Below, piece after piece: positions 54,311 through 64,000 of a stretch of DNA of 64,000 nucleotides. The notes under the pieces are model-generated. The model did not search any database and was not told the DNA's origin. It saw only the letters and a program-made list of their open reading frames with translations. Both the position numbers and the translations under genes were made by a program. The stretch is from the human T2T-CHM13v2.0 reference genome, Homo sapiens: assembly GCF_009914755.1 (NCBI RefSeq), contig NC_060929.1; one strand, given 5' to 3'. Every line of letters begins with the position of its first letter. Within the stretch, counting starts at the first letter, position 1.

Positions 54311-55316
54311 CCTGCATTTGACCCTCGCTAATCACACTGTGATTAACCAAAGAAGTGAACATGATCTGAATCTGTGAGTCAGGAACCAAGGTAAAGACCC
54401 AAATAATATGAAAAACCCAAACCTACATGAAAGTCATGGGATGGTGGACTTTTTGTCATCCCAGGACAGCTGGCCTGTGTTTACCCAAAAACTGGGCAAA
54501 TTTTCATCCTTAAAAATGGACAAGATGCCCAACACCAGCTTCCTTGCAAGTGCTCACTGAGCTCCCAGCTCCAACGGAACAGATGAAATAGAACAGTGAG
54601 TTATCACCAAGAGTGAGTTTTCTATTGAGCAAGATTTTGCCTAGCACCTGTGATCCATGGGATCAGTGAGGCTGTGCTGGTTGTGGGATGTCACCTGGTG
54701 GCGGTGATGGGGAGGAAGTGATGGAGAAAAGGTGAATGAAGGAACAGGAAGACCCCTGAGAGGAAGGAAGCATCAGTCTGGAGAAGCTAAGAAAAAAAAA
54801 AAAAAAAAAAGAAGCATCCAAGACATTAAACAGAATACAGAAGACCAGATTAGAGGCTCGTTTCAATAGTAGGAGTTATCAGGGATAGGCCAGGGAGGAA
54901 GACAGCGCAGCCTGGGCTCCCAGACCATTCTCAGCTGACTTTCCATGTGGCTTTAAAAGGAGCTGGACTGGATGGGGTCTGGACTGTGCACCTAAGGGGA
55001 CAAATCTCATATTTAAATTTGCAGAAATGTGGGGGCAGGGCCAAGATGGATGATTAGCAACAGCGGCGATCTGAGGCTCCCATCAAAAAAAAAAAAACAA
55101 ACAACAACAACAAAAAACCATAATAAGCATGTAAATCCTTCACCGGCAACCAAGATATCCAGGTTATCTCATCAGAACTGACTAGGAGGCTTGCGTGATT
55201 CGTGAAGAGAAAGGAAGAGCAGTGTGGTGCGACAGCCCACCCGAGAGCCACACAGGGCATGGAAGCCCCTCCCCACAGCCAAGGGAGGTGGTGAGTGAAT
55301 GTGCTACCCAGCCGGG

Positions 55317-55827
55317 TGAGACGAGAAGTCTTCTTCCAATCGAAGGTTTTTCTCAGTCGGCTCATGGTCTCACGGGCTTCTAGGAATGAAGCCTTGGACT
55401 ACAGCGGTGAGTGTTACAGCTCGATTGGAGAAACGCGCGGACCCAAAGAGTGTGTGGCAGCAAGATTTACTAAAGCGAAAGCAAAAGTAAAGCAAAAGCG
55501 AAAGTAAAGCTTCCACTTGGTGGAAGGGAACCGGGAAGGGTAGCAGTTTCTGGCTTGGGTGTCTTATGCTTATATCCCCTCATGACCCCTCCCTTTTTCC
55601 TTTTTCTGTCCTATAGAATTAGCTTATTTTCTATCTGCTTGTGGGTTGGCGGGCCTGATTGGTTAAAAACGTCAGGCTGCAGCTAGAGCTTAAACTCCCT
55701 ATATGATTGGTTGAAGTTTCAGTCCCTTAGCTTGCAGCTATGACTTATTTTGGCTTAGGGGAAAGTCCCCTTAGGGAAGTCCCTGTTGACTCAGGAAGTT
55801 CAGCCAACTTAGCCACTTAGTCCTTCA
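55317..55827 (-). mobile_element. ERV1-class solo LTR (LTR15-like) in the L1 5'UTR
   Basis: TG..CA termini and exact 4-bp TSD CGGG at 55313-55316 and 55828-55831. Minus strand starts TGAAGGACTAAGTGGCTAAGTTGGCTG. The subfamily name is from recall. Confidence 0.85.
55570..55793 (-). promoter_or_regulatory. LTR U3 motif cluster: AP-1, two NF-kB, two CCAAT, TATA-like
   Basis: TGACTCA 55787-55793. GGGAAGTCCC 55774-55783. GGGGAAAGTCCCC 55758-55770. TGATTGGTT at 55704 and 55656. TTATAT ~55570. Motif match only; activity unknown. Confidence 0.55.
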
Positions 55828-56885
55828 CGGGGAAAACGTGCTTTTTCCACGGAACTGTGCAACCCATGGATCAGAAGATCTTACTCACAAACCCAGGCCA
55901 CCAAGGCCTGGCATCCCCCAACCCCAGAGCTGCACAGATTCTCAACAGCCTCTCAGCTGGAATCTGCTGAAGCCGACTGATCTCCCGGGGGGAGGGGCGA
56001 CCAGCACCAGAGCTTCAGTTGCCTGCTGTCTACACCATTTGAGCTCCTTGGGTGAGGAGCAGCAGCCAGCACTGGGACCCACAACCGCCTAACAAGCTAA
56101 GCTCCCTGGGAGGCGGAAGGGCAGCATCTATCTCTATAGCTCCAGGCTGCGCTTTTCCCCTGCTGGCACCAGGGAGGCTGGACTGCTTGGTCCCAAGATG
56201 AGTCCCCAACAGCCCAACACGCCGGCTGTGGCAGTCAGCAGTGGAGTGCCTCTTCAGGCCTGACCCTGACTCATCCTTCCTCACTGGGCAGGGCTTCCCT
56301 GCAGAAACTCCAATAACTCCAGCCAGAGGCTCAGGGACAGAACCTGGATCTCTCTGGGCCTGAGCCTCTGGGGGATGGGTGGCCACAGTCTCTGTGGACC
56401 AGCAGACTTAGGCTTTCCTCCTGGTAGTTCTGAGGAATCCAGACAGCCCAGATGAGTGGGTTTCCCCCAGCGAGGTACACACCCTCCACCAAGGGACAGT
56501 CAAAGAGCTTCATTAAATGGGTCCTGTTCCCCATCCCACCCAACTGGATGAGACTCTCCAACAGGTGTTGTCAGACACCCTATACAGGATCGATCCTACT
56601 GGTATCAGGTTGGTGCCCCTTGAGGTCAAAGATCCCAGAAGAAGGAGTAGGCACCCATCTTTGCTGTTCTCCAGTGTTGGAGTAAGCCAGATGAGTAGGG
56701 CCTGAAGTGAACCCCCAGCAAACTGCAGCAGCCCTGCAGAAGAGGGACTTGACCATTGGAAGAAAAACAAACAAATAGAAAGCAACAACAGCAGCAGCAT
56801 CACCACTAACAAAAAAAAAGCCCCCACAAAAACTCCATCCAAGGGTCAGCAACCTCAAAAATCAAAACTAGACAAACTCAAGAAG

Positions 56886-57720
56886 ATGAGAAAGAATCAA
56901 TGAAAAAATGCTGAAAACCCAAAAGGCGGGAGTGCCTCTTCTCCAAATGAACACAGGGTCTCTCCAGCAAGAGCACAGAACTGGATGGAGGATGAGATGG
57001 ATGAATTGACAGGAGTAGGCTTCAGAAGATGGGTAACAAAAAAATATGGTGAGCTAAAGGAGCATGTTCTAACCCAATGCAAAGAAGCTAAGAACCTTGA
57101 TAAAAGATTAGAGGAGCTGCTAACTAGAATAACCAGTTTAGAGAGGAACATAAATGACCTGATGGAGCTGAAAAACACAGCGCAAGAACTTTGTGAAGCA
57201 TACACAAGTAACAATAGCCGAATCAACCAAGCAGAAGAAAGGATATCAGAGTTTGAAGACCACCTTGCTGAAATAAGGCATGCAGACAAGATTAGAGAAA
57301 AAAGAATGAAAAGGAATGAGCAAAGCCTCCAAGAAATATAAGACTTCATAAAAAGATCAAACCTATGATTGTTTGGAGTACCTGAAGGAGACAAGGGGAA
57401 TGGAAACAAGCTGGAAAACACACTTTAGGATATTATCCAGGAGAACTTCCCCAACCTAGTAAGACAAGCCAACATGCAAATTCAGAAAATACAGAGAACA
57501 CTACTAAGATACTCCACCACAAGATCAACCCCAAGATGCATAATCATCAGATTCTCTAAAGTCGAAATGAAGGAAAAAATGTTAAGGGCAGCCAGAGAGA
57601 AAGGCCAGGTCACCTAAAAAAGGAAGCCCATCAGACTAACAGCAGAATTCTCAGCAGAAACTCTACAAGCCAGAAGGGATTAGGGGCCAATATTCAACAT
57701 TTTTAAAGAAAAAGGATTTC
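56886..57720 (+). pseudogene. L1 ORF1p remnant, disrupted and 3'-deleted
   Basis: ATG at 56886 followed by an early TGA. Coiled-coil peptide at 56985-57341. Further stops follow. Confidence 0.85.
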
Positions 57721-60610
57721 AAATCAACACCCTAACATCACAATTAGACAGCTAGAGAGGCAAGAGCAAACTAATTCAAAAGCTAGCAGAAAACAAGAAA
57801 TATCTAAAATTAGAGCAGAATGGAAGGAGATAGAGACACAAAAAACCCTCCAAAAAATCAATGAATACAGGAGCTGGTTTTCTGGGAAAAAAAAAAAAAA
57901 ACATTAGATAGATCGCTAGTTAGATTAATAAAGAGGAAAAGAGAGAAGAATCAAATAGACACAATAAAAAATGATCAAGGGTATATCACCAATGATCCCA
58001 CAGAAATACAAACTACCATCAGAGAATACTATAAACACCTCTACATAATAAACTAGAAAATCTATAAGAAATGGATAAATTCCTGGACACATACACCTGC
58101 CCAAGACTAAATCAGGAAGAAGTTGAATCCCTGAATAGACGAATAACAGGTTCTGTAACTGAGGCAGTAATTAAGAACCTAGAACCAAAAAAAAAAGCCC
58201 AGGACCAGATAGATTTATATCCAAATTCTACCAGAGGCACAGAGAGGAGCTGGTACCCTTCCTTCTGAAATTATTCCAAATAATTGAAAAGGAGGGACTC
58301 CTCCCTAACTCATTTAATGAAGCCAGCATCATCCTGATACCAAAACCAGGAAGAGACAAAATGAATAAAGAAAACTTCAGGCCAATATACCTGATGAACA
58401 TCAATGTGAAAATTCTCAATAAAATACTGGCAAACTGAATCCAGCAGCACATCAAAAGAATTTATCCGCCACGAACAAGTAAGCTTCACCCCTGGGATGC
58501 AAGGCTGGTTCAACATATGCAAATCAATAAACGTAATCCAGAACATGAACAGAACCAAAGATAAAAACCGCATAATTATTTCAATAGATACAGAAAAGGC
58601 CTTTGATAAAATTAAACATCCCATCACGTTAAAAACTCTCAATAAACTAAGTATTGATGGAACATATCTCAAAATAATAAAAGATATTTATGACAAACCC
58701 ACAGCCAATATCATATTGAATGGGCAAAAGCTGGAAGCATTCCCTTTGAAAACTGGCCCAAGACAAGGATGACCTCTCTCACCACTCCTATTCAACATAG
58801 TTTTGGAAGTTCTAGCCAGGGCAATCAGGCAAGAGAAAGAAATAAAGCGTATTCAGATAGAAAGAGAGGAAGTCAAATTGTCTCTGTTTGCAGATGACAT
58901 GATTCTATATTTAGTAAACCCCATTATCCCAGCCCAAAAATCCCTTAAACTGATAAGCAACTTTAACAAAGTCTCAGAATACAAAATCAATGTGCAAAAA
59001 TCGCAAGCATTCCTTTACACCAACAATAGACAATCAGAGAACCAAATCATGAATGAACTCCCATTCACAATTGCTACAAAAAGAATAAAATTCCTAGGAA
59101 TACAGCTAGCAAGGGATGTGTAGACCTCCTCAAGGAGAACTACAAATCACTCTTCAAGGAAATAAGTGGAAAACAAATGGAAAAACATTCCATCTTCATC
59201 AATAGGAAAAATCAATATTGTGAAAATGGTCATACTGCCCAAAGTAATTTATAGATTCAATGCTATACCCATCAAACTACCAATGACATTCTTCACAGAA
59301 TTAGAAAAAAAAAACCTATAAATTTCATATGGAATCAAAGAAGTCCCCATATAGCTAAGACAATCCTAAGCAAAAAGAACAAAGCTGGAGGCATCAAATT
59401 ACCTGACTTCAAACTATACTACAAGGTTACAATAACCATATCAGCATGGTACTGGTACCAAAACAGGCATATAGACCAATTGAACAGACCAGAGACCTCA
59501 GAAACAACACCACACCTCTCCAACAATCGGATCTTCGACAAACTTGACAAAAACAACCAATGGGGGAAAGGTCTCCTATCCAGTAAGTGGTGCTGGGGAA
59601 ACAGGCTAGCCATATGCAGAAAACTGAAAGTGGACCCCTTCCTTACACCTTACACAAAAAATAACTCAAGATGGGTTAAAGACTTAAATTTAAAACCCAA
59701 AATCATAAAAACCCTAGAAGAAAAGTTAGGCAATACCATTCAGGACATAGGCATGGGGAAACATTTCATGATGAAAAATGACAAAAGCAATTGCAACAAA
59801 AGCCAAAATTGGCAAATGAGACGTAATTAAATTGAAAAGCTTCTCCACAGCAAAAGAAACTAGCATCAGAGTGAACAGGCAACCTGCAGAATAGGAGAAA
59901 ATATTTACAATTTACCCATCTGACAAACGTCTAATATCCAGAATTACAAGGAATTTAAACAAATTTACAAGAATAAAAACAACCCCATCAAAAAGTGGGC
60001 AAAGAATATCAACAGACACTTCTCAAAAGAAGACATTTACACAGTCAACAAACATATGTAAAAAGCACAACATCACTAATCATTAGATAAATGCAAATAA
60101 AAACCACAATGAGATACCATCTCACACCAGTCAGAATGGCTATTATTAAAACAACACGAAAAATAGATGCTGGCAAGGCTATGGAGAAATAGGAACAGTT
60201 TCACACTGTTGTTGTAAAAATAAATTAGCTCAACCATTGTGGAAGATGGTATGGCGATTCCTCAAGAATCTAGAACCAGAAATACCATTTGACCCAGCAA
60301 TCCCATTACTGGGTATATACCCAAAGGAATATAAATCATTCTACTATAAAGACACCTGCTCATGTATGTTTATTGCAGCACTATTTACAATAGCAAAGTC
60401 ATAGATCCAACCCAAATGCCCATTAATGACAGACTGGATAAAGCAAATGTGGTACATATACAGCATGGACTACTATGCAGCCATAAAAAGGGATGAGATT
60501 ATGTCCTTTGCAGGGACATGGATGAAGCTGGAAGACATCATCCTCAGCAAACTAACACAGGAACAGAAAACCAAACACTGCATGTTCTCACTCATAAGTG
60601 GGAGTTTAAC
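57721..60610 (+). pseudogene. L1 ORF2p remnant lacking the endonuclease domain, with multiple stops and frameshifts
   Basis: Fragments [44 protein letters not shown] and FAGTWMKLE occur as separate short ORFs. Confidence 0.9.
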
Positions 60611-61344
60611 AATGAGAACACAAGGACACTGAGAGGGGGACAACATATACCAGGTCCTGTTTGGGGGGTGAGGAGTGAGGGGAGGAAACTTAGAAGACAG
60701 GTCAATAGGTGCAGCAAACCACCATTGCACATGTATACTTATGTAATAAATTTGCATGTTCTGCACTTGTGTCCCAGAATTTAAAGTAAAATAAAAAATA
60801 TAAATAAATAAATTTGCAGAAATGAGTGACATTGCCTTAACCTTCTTTTTACTTACTACATTTGCTTTTAATTATGTCTATAACTATTATACCTAGGGAT
60901 TATTATTGTAACTAATCATTACATTTAATATTAAACATTTGATAAATGCAGAAAAGCATAAGGGAAAAAATAACAATGGCCCCATAATGATACTATTCAA
61001 TGATTACTTTTAATATTTGGTAAGTTATCTGATTCTTCAAAATGATATCATGCTATTTTAAAAACAAATTTTAAATAATGGAAAATTTTTTTCAGGCAAT
61101 TGAATATTTTGCCACAAAATTATTTCAAATGACTCTGTAGCCATAGAGACGGACTGATTTACATCTCCAATTCTTTTTTATTGCATAGTTCATTTGTTTT
61201 TAGGCTTCAGCATTAAAAATAAGGCCATGTCAAACATACTTGAGACACAAGGCTGAAAAATGTTTTCTTTCTACTGCTTTTGTTTCTACTACCCCTCTCA
61301 AAAATCTACACCTTCATATTCCAGTTGTGTTTATACGTTCCAGT

Positions 61345-61721
61345 TGTGTTTGGCTCTGGGTTCCCACCCATTTCTCATCCTGAATTGTAATTCCTATAAT
61401 TCCCACGTGTCAAGGGAGGGACCTTGTGGGAGGTGATTTTATAATGGGGGCATTTTCCCCCATGCTGTTCTTGCGATAGTGTATGAGTTCTCACAAGATC
61501 TGATGGTTTTATAAATGGTAGCTTTTCCTGTGTTCTGACACGATCTCTCTCACACACACCTGCCACCATGTAAGGTGTGCCTGCTTCCCCTTCCACCATG
61601 ATTGTAGCTTTCCTGAGGCCTCCCCAGCCACGCAGATCTGTGAGTCAATTAAACCTCTTTCCTTTATAAATTACCCAGTCTTGGGAAGTTCTTTATAGCA
61701 GTGTAAAAATGGACTAATACA
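61345..61721 (+). mobile_element. THE1C/D-like solo LTR
   Basis: GTTTGGCTCTG..CCCCATGCTGTTCT..GAGTCAATTAAACCTCTTTCC..GGACTAATACA. Confidence 0.9.
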
Positions 61722-62465
61722 GGTGTTTAACCATAAACTGGGAAATCATAAACATTTTCATTGTTTTAAACTTTTCCAACTTGACAGGTGGCAATAATTT
61801 CACATTCATATTTGAAATGTATACCCCACTGATCATCACTGAGATTAGTCAATTTCAGGGTTGATGGTATTTGTACTGGTTATTTTTAAAATTCCGAATT
61901 GCTTATTCTCATTCTTAATTATTTTTTCAGATTCTATCTTTCTTAATTATTTGCGGGACATCTTTGTGTATTAATGATATTAACATTTATGAGTCACATT
62001 TATTGTTTTTTATTTGATTTTGGATAATATCATCATATAATTATTTCAAATTTCTGTAGACACGACTCTAAATCTTTTATTCTATAGTTTCTGGTTTAGG
62101 TTTTTGTTGCATACTTAACTTGGCCTTTCGCAACTCCAAGTTCTAATAAATAAACTACTTTTTGTTCTTTTTCTGGATTTAACATTTAAATAGCTAATCC
62201 CTCTGCAAATTGTGTGTGGGCGTGTGGGGAGGAGATGGAGAGTTTGACTTATTTTCTTTCCATCCCCTAGATTCTAATCTGCCTGGCTAGGCTCAGTTCT
62301 TTTTTTTCTCTCTAAAAGAGAGATGAATTTTATAATTATGTTTTAGAAAACATATTCTTTTATACATTTTGAAAAGGTTATGTCATAGCCATAGATTCAT
62401 TTGATTAAAAAAATAAAGATTTCACATTTTCATTTGTGTCAGATGTTTTTAAAAATCCTAATGTA

Positions 62466-62885
62466 CAGGTTGGATTCACTGGGAAGCAGCCTCTGAAATA
62501 CAGATGAACATCCTGGAAGTTTTTTAGGGAGTGATCACAGGACCAATACCTATGAATGGAGGGGAAGAGAGGAGAATCGGGCAGAGGAAGAAACGGGTTG
62601 AGGTGCAGCCCCAGTGAGATCTCTGCTAACCCTACAGGGAGCAGACCTTATATCTAAAATGCCCCCTAAGAGCGTTCTAGAGTTGGTGTGAGGAGACAGA
62701 GCCTATATACTACTGCATTAACCAGTCATTGTCAAGGCTGCCCAGAAGGCAGCAGGACCTTGGGCAAGGTGACTCTCAGCCAAGGCAATTCCTGAAGATC
62801 TACCAGCCCAAAATGTTTTCGGCAGCCAGGGAAATGGAGTCCTTCTGTTCTGGAAGGGGATCTGGGAGGTGGAGCCCAACACCCT
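62466..62885 (-). mobile_element. LTR40-like ERVL LTR
   Basis: GGTTGGATTCACTGGGAAGCAGCCTCTGA..GGAAGTTTTTTAGGGAGTG..AACCAGTCATTG..GGGGATCTGGG. Confidence 0.65.
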
Positions 62886-64000
62886 TGAAAGCCCACTGTT
62901 GTGGCCTCTCTGATAGGGTCACTACATGTGAGACCTGGGAGCAGCTCACCCAGGAGGCTGCTAGCATGTCCTCCTGGAAAAACTTAGCAGAGGAAATTTC
63001 CTGGAATGAACTACAGTCTCTGCCACTACAGCCAGCCTCAAATCTTCAAATGATGCTCATATCTTTCCCTTCTTTCCATACAAGGCTGTCATCACACTTG
63101 GACAGCATCTCTTCTGGTTTGCCTGGGCCATGAACCAGCTCCTGTCCCTGGAGGTCTGAGTCTGTGTTTATCATGCTCTTATCAGGGAATGGTTCCATTC
63201 ACTGCTAAAACTGGAGAAGAAAGTCCTAAGAAATACCCACGTGGATACCATGTGTCAAGCTTATTTCTCCCCGGCTCCATGGAGAGGTGACGGCACACCC
63301 TACTGAAGGCAGGGGCAGCTACCTTGCTGCAGCAGTAGGACCTCTTCTAGGTGGCCTGGCATGCCATGTGCACTGCAGCACCTCCCTTTCTATCAAGTGG
63401 GCCATTTAGTCTGATGTGGTGTCACAAGAAATGCCATACTGGGAATCAGTCATTCTGTAAGAGGGTTCCCTTCCTTTGGCACAAGCAGTCTGAACTGCCC
63501 ACGTGGTGACTGGAGTTTTGCATTCAGTGGAATTCTGAGTGTATCCTTTGGAAATCAGGACTTCTAAAATCCACAGAAATCTCAACTGTCTAGATGAAAA
63601 TCACACATTCACAAGTGGATATGATGACTGAAGAGGCCACTTCTGCTGAAACCTAATGATTTTATATGTTGGAAATGTAGCACATGAAATGGTCATTGAC
63701 TTAGCACCTACACTGAATTTTAAAAAATGACCCCTCATCCTCACAGGACATCACCTCTGAGCTGGCCCAGCAGATGTATCTTCGTAGGCTGTCCCATTAT
63801 TCTGGACTGGACGCTTCTGATGGTGTGATGTGTGGTGAGATTAGTGCTGTGGTCACGTCCCCACCGTCACGTCTCCGTTTTTATAAAGTGGGTCCCTGGG
63901 TATGACGTGATGTCACATGAAATGCCTTATTATGCACCAAACATTCTGTAAACCCCCAGAGCAACAGAATACTGTGCTGAGGCCCCAAAACAGAAAGGAA
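62886..64000 (-). mobile_element. ERVL-type internal region with integrase remnants
   Basis: Adjacent to the LTR. Minus strand near 63880-63950 reads LTECLVH../GISCDITSYPGTHFI, like ERVL integrase GIPHSIASDQGTHF. Confidence 0.6.

Larger units (their letters stand above)
55030..60808 (+). mobile_element. Near-full-length L1PA8-like LINE-1, inactive (LTR insertion, internal deletion, stops)
   Basis: 5'UTR GGGGGCAGGGCCAAGATGG. ORF1 peptide (LEELLTRITSLERNINDLMELKN). RT motif [11 protein letters not shown]. 3'UTR and A tail. Exact 16-bp TSD TAAATTTGCAGAAATG at 55014-55029 and 60809-60824. Confidence 0.96.

Noticed and set aside
56897-57421. 174-aa hydrophobic minus-strand ORF
   Set aside because: Antisense reading of L1 ORF1, a common artefact.
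55030-60808. Potentially active full-length L1
   Set aside because: Early ORF1 stop, missing endonuclease domain, multiple ORF2 stops and frameshifts, and an LTR in the 5'UTR.

Overview
Primate (human-like) non-coding genomic DNA, about 40% GC by eye. I find no credible protein-coding exon, RNA gene or CpG island. Roughly half of the window is recognisable interspersed repeat: 7 Alus (J and S; no AluY seen), several L1s including a TSD-flanked near-full-length L1PA8-like copy, two full-length THE1 elements, MST/MLT/MER21/MER31/LTR18/LTR33/LTR40/LTR15-like LTRs, MER5A/MER20/MER30 DNA transposons, L2/MIR/L3 relics and simple repeats. The long ORFs I examined are repeat-derived or look like chance. 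Repeat subfamily names come from my recall of consensus sequences, not from a RepeatMasker run. The most unusual signal is three independent short segments copied from 1.5-3.7 kb away in the same window. One is inverted into an LTR18, one is direct into a THE1D internal region, and one is a ~390-bp direct copy of an L2 region. Other highlights: a 1.2-kb TACCTA repeat apparently seeded inside a MIR, a 7x27-bp array of splice-donor motifs inside MER21C, and an ERV1 LTR with tandem NF-kB, AP-1, CCAAT and TATA motifs inserted antisense in an L1 5'UTR. I do not see evidence for a new gene-encoded system.
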